A stretch of DNA of 64,000 bases, taken from IMG/VR virus record IMGVR_UViG_3300045988_027877, positions 39,851 through 103,850 of that record, one strand, 5' to 3'. The position numbers and the translations under genes were made by a program. How positions within the stretch are numbered: the first letter of the stretch is position 1; the number at the start of each line of letters is the position of its first letter. Below, piece by piece: positions 55,140-63,899 of the stretch. Source of the DNA: a virus. A model generated the notes under the pieces. That model did no database searches. It was not told the DNA's origin and was given only the letters and a program-made list of their open reading frames with translations.

Positions 55140-56672
55140 TTAGCTTTTTTTTTCTTCAGCCGGCTTGTCTTCAGTCTTTGGAGTTTCCGGATATTCTCCA
55201 ACGAGAGTAGGCAGAGGGCCTTCGAATTCAGCTATCTGATCCATTGGTTGACGATATACATTGATGATCTTACCGATTGCGAAACGAATCTGTTCGTTAG
55301 TCGGTTCAACCTTGCCTGGATAATAGTTAGCACGTACAAGACTGATAATCTTGCGAGCAGCAGCACGGGATTCCTTGATTTCCATTAACTGCTCATCTGT
55401 AGCATTTTCAGGTACAGGGCGAGTATAATCAGCCATCAATTTGTCAACATATTCCAATCCAACACTACCAACTACAGATTGAATAGCCTTATCCTCTGTA
55501 GGTTTCGGCTTTTCGGTTTTGATAACATTGCCGTTTGCGTCAATCTTATCTTCCAAGCTATAGCGATAGTTTTCCTGAATCAGTACTTTCAGCAGACTGA
55601 CAATGTCTTCTTCACTCCAGTTAGGCAATTTGCCATGCAGAATACTGTGAGCAGATACTGGAGAACCTTGCTGTTTCGTATAAAGATATACGGAACGTCC
55701 AAGACCCTTCATCAATCCTGCAATTGGAATGAGATGGAAGATTTCGTCAATCCATTCGTTAAGTGGTTTAGCATCGAGTGCAAGCTTAGCATCAGCAGAA
55801 CTTGCGTTGTTCATACACAACCCACGATACCATTCTAAGGTTTTGTCAATACAAACCGTAATATCACGGTTCTGGTGCATCAAATAGTCCAAAGCTGCAC
55901 AAATCTTTTCGTGATCTGTACCAACTTTGCCATAGTCGAGATCAGGTACAGTTTGTACCGGAGCTTTCTTATCATTCAATTCTTCGGGAACAACAGTATC
56001 CGGTGAAGTGAAATCAATAGCAAGCTGTTTTTCACCTTGCGGGCCTACAATTGCTTTTGGTGCAGCAAGAGTAATACCCAGCATTTCTGCTACTTCGTTC
56101 AAAGGCATCAGCTGATCTTCAGGTATCTTCGCAACAATCTGACCACCTGATTTCAGAGCAGCCACTTCATTACGAATATCAACCATAGCAAGCAACCACA
56201 CAACATCACATACCTGTGCAGTGTGTTTCCAAGCTTCAGGACACTTATCTTTGAACTCTTCATTGTTGATAAAGCGGTTGTAACCATAGGTTACCAACTG
56301 TGCTTTAGCATCAGTAGAAGAACGTTTGATTGCGTCCATACCTGTGTTAGATAATGGAACACCAATCTTATTGCCCAGAGCGGTAGTTTCGTCTACCTCT
56401 TCAGCAATAACTACCGGAGTCTTGTCTTTCTTCGGCTTCGGCTGTGTGTCAGCCACTTTCTGGGCGGGCTGCTTTTCAGTCTTAGCTTCAGTTTTCTTCT
56501 CCTCTTTTTTCTTAGGTTGAGGAGCCGGAGCTGCTGCTGGAGTTTCTGCTTTCGCAGTACCTTTGTTCTCTTTCTCTGTTGTTGCTTTTGTAGTATTATC
56601 TACTTTAGCTGTTTCTGCTGGTTTTGCAGCAGTTGCAGCTGCTTGAGCTGCTTGTTTCTTTTTAGATGACAT
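55140..56672 (-). CDS. protein with Ala/Lys/Pro-rich histone-H1-like N-terminus and globular C-terminal domain
   Basis: Intact 510-aa ORF. The first ~90 aa are a low-complexity AKPE-rich segment. Confidence 0.65.
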   Translation of the reverse strand: MSSKKKQAAQAAATAAKPAETAKVDNTTKATTEKENKGTAKAETPAAAPAPQPKKKEEKKTEAKTEKQPAQKVADTQPKPKKDKTPVVIAEEVDETTALGNKIGVPLSNTGMDAIKRSSTDAKAQLVTYGYNRFINNEEFKDKCPEAWKHTAQVCDVVWLLAMVDIRNEVAALKSGGQIVAKIPEDQLMPLNEVAEMLGITLAAPKAIVGPQGEKQLAIDFTSPDTVVPEELNDKKAPVQTVPDLDYGKVGTDHEKICAALDYLMHQNRDITVCIDKTLEWYRGLCMNNASSADAKLALDAKPLNEWIDEIFHLIPIAGLMKGLGRSVYLYTKQQGSPVSAHSILHGKLPNWSEEDIVSLLKVLIQENYRYSLEDKIDANGNVIKTEKPKPTEDKAIQSVVGSVGLEYVDKLMADYTRPVPENATDEQLMEIKESRAAARKIISLVRANYYPGKVEPTNEQIRFAIGKIINVYRQPMDQIAEFEGPLPTLVGEYPETPKTEDKPAEEKKS

Positions 56673-56699
56673 TTTGATAATGTTTTAAATTGTTAATAA
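56673..56699 (-). promoter_or_regulatory. conserved upstream motif TTAAC-N-ATTATCAAA-ATG (one of six copies)
   Basis: The - strand reads TTATTAACAATTTAAAACATTATCAAAATG. Similar copies occur at 63900-63923, 50059-50083, 49370-49396, 60902-60930 and 61212-61242. Confidence 0.35.
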
Positions 56700-56733
56700 A
56701 ATAGGTGAATTTAGATAGATTGTTTAATGAGGT

Positions 56734-57099
56734 TCAACTATCATCCTCAAACTCTGGTGAGTCTCTGCCCTTAGTAGTATGATTACCAACTAATGCGTCT
56801 GACAATGGTTCAACAAGGTCTATTGTGTAACCTGTTACTCCATGTGTAGCTCCTTCTGTCACTGTGACTACCGGTAACATGCACAATAGATCTACATTGT
56901 CTACGGTGTTAGTTAGTGGAGCAATAGAGGCTGTAACTTCTTTCTTTACGAAATGATTTACAGTCTCTTTGCTCAACATACCTACTAATAAGCCAGTCAT
57001 AATAGTGAATAAGAATATCCACCACATTTTAGTAGAACGCATAATACGTGCACTAATTGCTGCTACAACAAGCAGCACTAAAATCATAGATGCTGACAT
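56734..57099 (-). CDS. two-TM membrane protein directly downstream of the sigma factor (possible anti-sigma)
   Basis: Hydrophobic segments ILVLLVVAAISA and WWIFLFTIMTGLLVGML. It starts 11 nt after the sigma gene stop. Confidence 0.55.
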   Translation of the reverse strand: MSASMILVLLVVAAISARIMRSTKMWWIFLFTIMTGLLVGMLSKETVNHFVKKEVTASIAPLTNTVDNVDLLCMLPVVTVTEGATHGVTGYTIDLVEPLSDALVGNHTTKGRDSPEFEDDS

Positions 57100-57110
57100 A
57101 ATTAGTAAAT

Positions 57111-57686
57111 TTAATCTGTTAATAATTCTTTTAACTTTTCACGTGCTTTATTAAGCCGTGATTTAACTTGAGACTCTGAGAGCCCAAGTTGTTCAGAAAT
57201 CTGTTTGTAAGACAGATTCTGGATTGAGCGTAGCTCAATTATATTCCTATACTTCCAACGAAGTCGCGACAAGGCATTTTCTAAATTTACACTTTTCTCT
57301 GCGAAGATATAATCTTCTTCAGGTGAATAACCGGCCGAGTCATTCAACTGTAGAGAGTTGGCATCATCGTCAATCCAATAGTTCGCTCTTTCCTTTTTAG
57401 TATGTCGAATATAGTCTATACTACTGTTGATAGCTATTGTCTTTAACCACATCTCGAAAGATATATTATTAACATAACTATCTAGCTTACTAAAAGCCTT
57501 AGTAAATGTAACAGATAATAAATCATCTGCTGCATCTTTGTTATTCACAATATAATAAATAGTATTGTAAATAACTCTATTAAAGCGATTATAAAGCTTT
57601 GTGAAGGCAGATTGTTTGCCTTCTTTCGCCTGTTTGATCAGATCGAAAACTTGTTGTTTTTCTTCATCTGTCATATGTACGGGCAT
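57111..57686 (-). CDS. ECF-type sigma-70 family RNA polymerase sigma factor
   Basis: Region-2-like DAADDLLSVTFTKAFSKL..WLKTIAINSSIDYIRH and region-4 helix-turn-helix LSYKQISEQLGLSESQVKSRLNKAREKL. Confidence 0.75.
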   Translation of the reverse strand: MPVHMTDEEKQQVFDLIKQAKEGKQSAFTKLYNRFNRVIYNTIYYIVNNKDAADDLLSVTFTKAFSKLDSYVNNISFEMWLKTIAINSSIDYIRHTKKERANYWIDDDANSLQLNDSAGYSPEEDYIFAEKSVNLENALSRLRWKYRNIIELRSIQNLSYKQISEQLGLSESQVKSRLNKAREKLKELLTD

Positions 57687-57720
57687 TGTGCTGAACTGAT
57701 AATCATAAGAGTACAGGACG

Positions 57721-57728
57721 CAAATTTA
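57721..57728 (-). promoter_or_regulatory. Bacteroidota-type -7 promoter element (TAnnTTTG)
   Basis: The - strand reads TAAATTTG about 35 nt upstream of sigma ATG 57686, just after hairpin 57775-57800. Confidence 0.35.
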
Positions 57729-57774
57729 TGTATTATTGAAGTAACTCTTATTTGACCTGTTCAACGGTTAGTGA

Positions 57775-57800
57775 GTATAGGGCCGATCAAAGCCCTATAC
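57775..57800 (-). terminator. 9-bp hairpin after gene 57803..58186
   Basis: gtatagggc-cgatcaaa-gccctatac. Confidence 0.5.
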
Positions 57801-57802
57801 CC

Positions 57803-58186
57803 TTAAAATGGTAATCCTAGTTCGTATCTACAATGATACTCAATGTAATCTTTTGAGAACTTTTGATAAGCATCCCAAATACACTCCATAAACTCTCTTT
57901 TCATCTCCATAGATATCTTTGCAGGATTGAGTTTATTAATCATTCCGCATACTATTCTAATGCGGACATTTAGAGTAAAATTAGAATCTCTTCCTATTCT
58001 CTGGAGTATATTAGTATCAAACCAATATAATATGTGGTTTACCGGTTTATCAGCCTTAAAAGGTAATGTTTTCCTCTCTCTTTCTGCAAGACTAATATAT
58101 ACCCACCATGATGCTCTCCAGTGAAATAGATTATATCTTTTACCCCATGGAGTATATGCCCTATTTGTAATACTGTATATTACCAT
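57803..58186 (-). CDS. hypothetical protein
   Basis: Intact 127-aa ORF. Confidence 0.5.
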   Translation of the reverse strand: MVIYSITNRAYTPWGKRYNLFHWRASWWVYISLAERERKTLPFKADKPVNHILYWFDTNILQRIGRDSNFTLNVRIRIVCGMINKLNPAKISMEMKREFMECIWDAYQKFSKDYIEYHCRYELGLPF

Positions 58187-58634
58187 TTTCTTTCTTTACT
58201 TCTTTGGCTAGTTTGCAAATAACTAGTTGTGCTTGTGCAGCTGACCAACCAGTTCTATCCATAATATACATCTTAGTACTCATAGTTCCTCTTCCAGGAA
58301 TAGATGTATCATTGATGTATCTACGTTTAAATTCGTTATACTCATCATCTGTTGTGATGGGCATCTTACTGCCACGCATTGATCTTCTTTCAATGGGTAG
58401 CTGACATACTTCTGATCCTTCGTATGGATAACATACATAGCTATCTGGATGATTATATATACTCTGGATCTCATAGGATTCTTCCTTTACTTCTCTGAAT
58501 TTTGCATTCTGAAATGCTTCATTCATGATAATTGCAGATGTTATCCTCAAATAAGGAGCTTCACCAACAACTACTGCTAATAGTTCTATATTACTTCCGA
58601 CAATTTGATATACGCCGGGTCCATTTAATCTCAT
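58161..58634 (-). CDS. hypothetical protein
   Basis: Intact 157-aa ORF. It ends in TAG, with a TAA 6 codons later. Confidence 0.55.
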   Translation of the reverse strand: MRLNGPGVYQIVGSNIELLAVVVGEAPYLRITSAIIMNEAFQNAKFREVKEESYEIQSIYNHPDSYVCYPYEGSEVCQLPIERRSMRGSKMPITTDDEYNEFKRRYINDTSIPGRGTMSTKMYIMDRTGWSAAQAQLVICKLAKEVKKENGNIQYYK

Positions 58635-58819
58635 GACTTATTAATTTCTTTTTTAAAGTTATCTACTATACCAGAAGCCTGATCAAGAGTTAAGTTTGGA
58701 TATTTATCCAACACTTTATCTATTGCTTCAATATCTGATTTTGAAGAGTTTAACATTTGTTTGAACTCTCTTTCTTCCTGTTTGGAATCAAACCAAACCC
58801 ACCATGGTACTACTCGCAT
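58631..58819 (-). CDS. hypothetical small protein
   Basis: 62-aa ORF, overlap-coupled to its neighbours. Confidence 0.45.
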   Translation of the reverse strand: MRVVPWWVWFDSKQEEREFKQMLNSSKSDIEAIDKVLDKYPNLTLDQASGIVDNFKKEINKS

Positions 58820-59091
58820 TGATATTCGATTTCTTTAATTTTGTTAGTAAGTTTTTCCCATTTTACTAAGTCGATATCTGACGCTTCAACGTAGTAAACT
58901 AGCTTATCAGCCGATATGTTAAATACAGACCTAATATAACGCATTCCTTCTTTGTAATGATATCTATTTTTATAGATACGAGGAACATTAGCATGAAGTC
59001 GAGTTATTAACTCACTCTTCATTTTCATTTCAGTTGCGGCTTTCTCCCATGACTCTGGAAGATTCTGCCTAATAAAGTTAATTAATCCCAT
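58810..59091 (-). CDS. hypothetical small protein
   Basis: 93-aa ORF ending in TAG. Confidence 0.5.
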   Translation of the reverse strand: MGLINFIRQNLPESWEKAATEMKMKSELITRLHANVPRIYKNRYHYKEGMRYIRSVFNISADKLVYYVEASDIDLVKWEKLTNKIKEIEYQCE

Positions 59092-59127
59092 TTCAAATTA
59101 ATTTATTGATTAAACTTAATTTAATTG

Positions 59128-59171
59128 TAGTAAGTGGGGATTTGAACCCCTACAGTCCCGAGTCACTTACT
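59128..59171 (-). ncRNA. acceptor/T-arm minihelix-like element
   Basis: AGTAAGT-GACTCGGGACTGTA-GGGG-TTCAAAT-CCCC-ACTTACT-A. Confidence 0.3.
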
Positions 59172-59387
59172 TCCGCTTTTTACGACATTAGCTTAGCCGT
59201 TCAGACTCATCACGCTACTAAGCGTGTGTAGTCTGTTACATAACTTGTATTGCCAGTTATTCGCATTATTGACCTATTCTACTTCACATTGTTGCTGTCA
59301 AAACCGTTTAGCCCCGTGTATTTCTATTACTAGAAACAGAACTCCTCCACATTTATATGCGTTCATGGCGTATATAAATATTCTAAT

Positions 59388-59963
59388 ATGCTTAAATATA
59401 AACAAAATAGAAAATTAATCACTATTGAATGTGATTGTTGTGGAAAAGAATTTGAAAAACCTGTTTCTGAGTATAACAGGAATATTAAATTAGGTAGAGC
59501 AAATTATTGCTCACGTGCTTGTAGTGGTAAAATGTGTAATAAAAATAATAAACAAAAAGGTAATCCTTCTTCTTTAAATCCTTATGCTAGGAGAGACCAA
59601 TATACTCCATTTAGATATTATTTTAGAAACGCTAAAAAAAGATTTAAAGACTTCAATCTTACATTAGAATATCTAAAACAATTATGGGAAGAACAGGAAG
59701 GTATTTGTCCTTATACTGGTATACAATTACGTTTAGCTGAATATAAAGCTAATCATAATAATCCTATTTATACAGCTTCTTTAGATAGAATAGATTCTAC
59801 TAAAGGTTATATAATAGGTAATGTACAATTTATCTCTACAGCAATAAATTATATGAAGAATAATATGTCTCATGAAGACACAATTAAACTCTGTAATGTT
59901 ATTGCTAAACACGTAGTGGAGCTAGGGGCATACGATAGCCCCGTCCATACAACTGATTCATAG
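59388..59963 (+). CDS. HNH/beta-beta-alpha-Me-like homing endonuclease, opposite strand to its neighbours
   Basis: N-terminal Cys cluster CDCCGKEF...YCSRACSG. The C-terminus reads SLDRIDSTKGYIIGNVQFISTAINYMKNN. Ends TAG-ACC-TAA. Confidence 0.55.
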   Translation: MLKYKQNRKLITIECDCCGKEFEKPVSEYNRNIKLGRANYCSRACSGKMCNKNNKQKGNPSSLNPYARRDQYTPFRYYFRNAKKRFKDFNLTLEYLKQLWEEQEGICPYTGIQLRLAEYKANHNNPIYTASLDRIDSTKGYIIGNVQFISTAINYMKNNMSHEDTIKLCNVIAKHVVELGAYDSPVHTTDS

Positions 59964-59980
59964 ACCTAACAGTCAATTGT

Positions 59981-60010
59981 GAGTATGTAGGCGACCAAAC
60001 CTACATACTC
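59981..60010 (+). terminator. 11-bp hairpin plus T-rich tail after the HNH gene
   Basis: gagtatgtagg-cgaccaaa-cctacatactc, followed by ttggtcttttatttt. Confidence 0.6.
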
Positions 60011-60442
60011 TTGGTCTTTTATTTTATGTAACAACGTTTTGATAACTTAAACTTGGAAGTATAAGATACCTTGCGGCCCCTATACGGCATGATGTCTAGC
60101 ATCGCACGATTCCAAAATGTGCTGATTTGATATCATAAGAATGCTATTGCATAATATACTCATCGAGTATAGAATCTGTATTTATATATTGCGCAATTTA
60201 TAATTACATCCTCACGATCTTAGGCACATGATCAGTGGCACGTTGTCATACTGTCCTGCTCCGGCATCGGTCGTATTGCTACGCCTTACACTTGTTTGCA
60301 TGTGTGTTAATTCACACTAGAGTTGCTTATATAAAGATCCAATCCTAAACGATGATCCAAGATTTGCTACTTTCTCTAATCTAGACTATGTAGTCAGTAT
60401 TTCTACTGCTAGAGTACTATGATTTTGGACGATGCGTGGAAA

Positions 60443-60901
60443 TTACATGGACATACTACTGTATTTCCAATCATAGCGGGCACTTGGGTATTGATTATAC
60501 AGTTTCTTCAACTGTTCATCATACCATTGACCGACTTCACGAATCAGTTTGTTAGCCTCCTTGTAGAGCTCCTGACAATCTTTTTCGTAGTCTTCAATAG
60601 CGATACCGCCGTTTCGTAATTTGTCATCTTTTTCGGAGAACTTCTTCAGATAGTTGAGCTTGATTTCACGCTCTTTGTCTGTTTTCTTCATACTCAAGTA
60701 AGTAGATTTACGAGTATATTCACTACGTAAAGTAGTTTCAACTAGACGTTCTGTCAGTTCTTCTTTACGCTTCTTAGCAATCTTTTCGGCTGCTTCTTTA
60801 GCTGCCTCTTCAGTTACTGTAGAACCGGTGTTGATGACTTCTTCAATGTTTTCTACTGAAATTTTGGTAACATCTGCTACCGTTGTTTCTTTTCCTGCCA
60901 T
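60443..60901 (-). CDS. hypothetical charged coiled-coil protein
   Basis: Intact 152-aa ORF, preceded by the conserved upstream motif. Confidence 0.6.
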   Translation of the reverse strand: MAGKETTVADVTKISVENIEEVINTGSTVTEEAAKEAAEKIAKKRKEELTERLVETTLRSEYTRKSTYLSMKKTDKEREIKLNYLKKFSEKDDKLRNGGIAIEDYEKDCQELYKEANKLIREVGQWYDEQLKKLYNQYPSARYDWKYSSMSM

Positions 60902-60947
60902 TTTTTGATAATGTTTAGAAGTTGAACTTTATATTAATGATCTCGAG

Positions 60948-61211
60948 TTATTTACTTTTCATTGCAAGTCTACGTTCTTTGTTTAAACGTCTCTTGCGTT
61001 GTCTGTAAGACTCACGTGTACCAGCTTTTATTGCTGTACGATTTTCGTAAGATTGTTCTCTTCGCAATTTATTCTCTTGAATAATCTGCAAATAGATAGC
61101 TTCTTTAGCTAGATTAGCCTTTACTCTAGCTTCATAAGCTGCGATACGTTCCTTTGCCTTTTCTTTTCCGTATCGTTGATAAAGATTTTTTCTAATTCTT
61201 GCTTGTCCCAT
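60948..61211 (-). CDS. small highly basic protein
   Basis: 87 aa, rich in K/R (RRLNKERRLAMKSK at the C-terminus). Confidence 0.55.
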   Translation of the reverse strand: MGQARIRKNLYQRYGKEKAKERIAAYEARVKANLAKEAIYLQIIQENKLRREQSYENRTAIKAGTRESYRQRKRRLNKERRLAMKSK

Positions 61212-61416
61212 ATTTTTGATAAATTGGTTACTAATTAAAAAGAACTGCTCTGTGTATTCATATCTCTTATTTCACAGATAACCCCTATCCTTCTCTCCCT
61301 TTATCTATAGATATATAGATTGCCGTTGAATAGCCGTTACATTTAACATGTATTAGGGTTTTGGTATATTTGCAGTTCTTTGGGTTGATTGGAATCCACC
61401 ATACTAACAATTTAAG

Positions 61417-61575
61417 TTAGAAATATATAACAGCGGGTAGAGGCTCTGGCGGAACCTCTTCTTTGTTATTCGTTGCCATTCTGAGTTTACACTCAAGATC
61501 ACATTCACTACAGTTGATAATATTATCTTGTGTAGGACAATCGTTAGAAATTGAATTTGAAGTTTTCATGATCAT
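61417..61575 (-). CDS. possible small Cys-containing protein
   Basis: Start taken at MIMKTSNS. It overlaps the upstream gene end. Contains C..C.C..C spacing. Confidence 0.35.
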   Translation of the reverse strand: MIMKTSNSISNDCPTQDNIINCSECDLECKLRMATNNKEEVPPEPLPAVIYF

Positions 61576-61948
61576 CTCGACCAAATAAGTGTTTGACAAT
61601 CAATGGTTTGCATAACTTCGCAAATTCTTTTGCTGTTTCTTTGTCTTTGAATTCTAGACAAGAGCCGACATAAGCAAAGGCATCGCCAAGCTCACCGCAA
61701 GAATCAACATAGAGCAACCCAGCAGGTTTTCTCTCATCTGTATAATTCCATCCCCATACGTAATATCGTACTTCTTTGGGATCCATTACTTTGGGTTTCC
61801 AGTCTTTATTCAAAGCTTTTGCAACAGTTTCTAACTTGATGAAATTCCTAGTTTCATCTGATAATTTGTAGCTCTTATAATTAGCTACAGGACGGATGCT
61901 AAGTAATTTACAAGCATCTTCATACGGATGTTCTTTACTTATTTCCAT
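61544..61948 (-). CDS. hypothetical protein
   Basis: Intact 134-aa ORF. Confidence 0.55.
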   Translation of the reverse strand: MEISKEHPYEDACKLLSIRPVANYKSYKLSDETRNFIKLETVAKALNKDWKPKVMDPKEVRYYVWGWNYTDERKPAGLLYVDSCGELGDAFAYVGSCLEFKDKETAKEFAKLCKPLIVKHLFGRDDHENFKFNF

Positions 61949-62034
61949 GACTTTTTGCGATTGTAAGGTTCCATTTTCTTATGCTTAGGACGTTTCTTAT
62001 AGTCCTGCTTTACTTCTTTCTCCTTATTTGCCAT
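61939..62034 (-). CDS. possible 31-aa Lys-rich peptide
   Basis: MANKEKEVKQDYKKRPKHKKMEPYNRKKSWK. Its stop overlaps ATG 61948. Confidence 0.25.
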   Translation of the reverse strand: MANKEKEVKQDYKKRPKHKKMEPYNRKKSWK

Positions 62035-62036
62035 AA

Positions 62037-62516
62037 TCAAAATAAATGAATGAAATTGTTAATTTCTTTCAGATATCGTGGAAGACTTTCCATGTTCTGT
62101 TCAGTAAGTATTTTGTTTATACTTCTTTGTAATTTGCCGTCTCCGAGCAGATACTTCAATACTCTTGTATTGTGTTCTCTTATCTCTTTGTCACTGACAA
62201 GTTCTTTTGCAAGTCTCATCTTGAATACAACTTCATCTGAATCAAGAGGACTACCAAGTCTTTCGCGTAATTTGATACACAAGTCAAGTAACTCATCTTC
62301 TAATGTTGTTTTAGAAGAATGTTTAGCACTTGTGTTAACAGCATCAGCAATTAGTAGCTTAGCAATTTCAGTGTCGTCATATTCAAGTATGTCTACACAG
62401 TTTGTTCCACTACTGTTTGTTGTTTGTCCAATGATTTGAGCTATAGTAGATATAGCTTGTGCTCTAGCTTCTTCATTGACAAAGTCATTTGAAAATAAAA
62501 TTAGTACAGCTTTCAT
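62037..62516 (-). CDS. hypothetical protein
   Basis: Intact 159-aa ORF, stop TGA. Confidence 0.55.
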   Translation of the reverse strand: MKAVLILFSNDFVNEEARAQAISTIAQIIGQTTNSSGTNCVDILEYDDTEIAKLLIADAVNTSAKHSSKTTLEDELLDLCIKLRERLGSPLDSDEVVFKMRLAKELVSDKEIREHNTRVLKYLLGDGKLQRSINKILTEQNMESLPRYLKEINNFIHLF

Positions 62517-62521
62517 AATAA

Positions 62522-62770
62522 TTATTGATTAATTACTTTTATTTCGATCTCATACTCTTCTAATTCCTTCTTAATCTCATCAGTAGAGAGATTAGAATTA
62601 ATTTCTAAGTATGGAACGAATTGAATTTCTTCGCTTGGTTTACTTCTAGCTAGCCGTTTGGCATCACTAAATGTTATACCTAATATCTTAGTTAATGCTA
62701 GGATATTAGCATAGAGATGACCAGTATGTAATATCATACTAGTTATGTACCTTTTGGATTCCTTTTTCAT
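62522..62770 (-). CDS. hypothetical small protein
   Basis: Intact 82-aa ORF. Confidence 0.5.
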   Translation of the reverse strand: MKKESKRYITSMILHTGHLYANILALTKILGITFSDAKRLARSKPSEEIQFVPYLEINSNLSTDEIKKELEEYEIEIKVINQ

Positions 62771-63255
62771 TTTTACATAGGCTTTAAAATTGTTAGTTAA
62801 TAAATATGATGACGTCTGTATACAGCACTATATACAGAATAATTTACCGCAGTGCTACGGAGATTTGAGACTAATACTATAAAGCAATAGCGCTCTATTG
62901 CACATCTGTTATTAAAGAAATCATTTCCACATATTACTATGTTTAATTTAAACCCTCATATGTTTTAGGATTACTCCAGAGTACATACAGAAATAGCTGT
63001 CAAACTAAATCTTAGAACTCACCTGATTTTTACGTCCGCACGATCGTAATATTTGCAATTATCAGTACTAATTAGAGCAATTGCCACTCTTCTTCTCCCG
63101 CTTAAAAATACTACTTACGCCCCACAGGCTTGTCATCTTCTGAAGACTAGTCTATTCTCACGAACTGACTAGTTATTAAGTCGAAATTTTTAAACCATTT
63201 CTATTATGCAAAATGCTTCAAAAAACTGTAATAAATTGTTGTTAATTATTACTCT

Positions 63256-63714
63256 CTAACGCCTTAGAGAATCACGAGGATTCTTCACAGAATCCATTGG
63301 GGTAATTATATCACGCTGAATGACTGCGCCTTTAAGTACATCTTTAAAATGCTCTTTGTTTGATTCATATATATAAACAATGTCACTATTCGACAATGAT
63401 GTACCATGAGTCATAAGTATATCAATCAAAATAGCTTCAGGCATTGCTAAAAATATACTATCAATGCGCATTCCCTCTCTTACGTCTTCTCTAAATTTGA
63501 GAATTTCTTGTACCGTTGGTACATGTTCAACTGCCTTTGCAGTATCAATGCAAACTGATTCGTCTTCCGACGTAACAATCTTAGCAATAGGCTCATGACA
63601 CAGAAACACTATTACTCCAGTAGCGATTACTAATGCAATAACTACTAATATCGTCCAAAAGCATCCATTAGACGATTTTTTTACTACAGGATATTGATTA
63701 TCTTCCATACTCAA
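63256..63714 (-). CDS. hypothetical single-pass membrane protein
   Basis: TM segment FWTILVVIALVIATGVIVFL. The ORF ends in TAG. Confidence 0.55.
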   Translation of the reverse strand: MSMEDNQYPVVKKSSNGCFWTILVVIALVIATGVIVFLCHEPIAKIVTSEDESVCIDTAKAVEHVPTVQEILKFREDVREGMRIDSIFLAMPEAILIDILMTHGTSLSNSDIVYIYESNKEHFKDVLKGAVIQRDIITPMDSVKNPRDSLRR

Positions 63715-63899
63715 TCCTCCAGTTCGTCTAATAGGTTTGATACTACAGCTGGTGTTTCAATAATCTCTTCTTCCTCACCATTTATACAAATGCGAGATCC
63801 ACCATCTGGATTACCACAACAGTAATCAAATGAACGACTTGTAAACACTAACTCGAAACCGTCCGTAGTATGGACTGTAACACTTTTTTTCTTTTTCAT
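63711..63899 (-). CDS. hypothetical small protein
   Basis: 62-aa ORF, preceded by the conserved upstream motif. Confidence 0.5.
   Translation of the reverse strand: MKKKKSVTVHTTDGFELVFTSRSFDYCCGNPDGGSRICINGEEEEIIETPAVVSNLLDELED

Noticed and set aside
59092-60442. Group I intron carrying the HNH gene inside a tRNA gene
   Set aside because: The HNH ORF is antisense to the tRNA-like element. I also found no complementary 5' exon (acttact on the + strand) in the distal flank.
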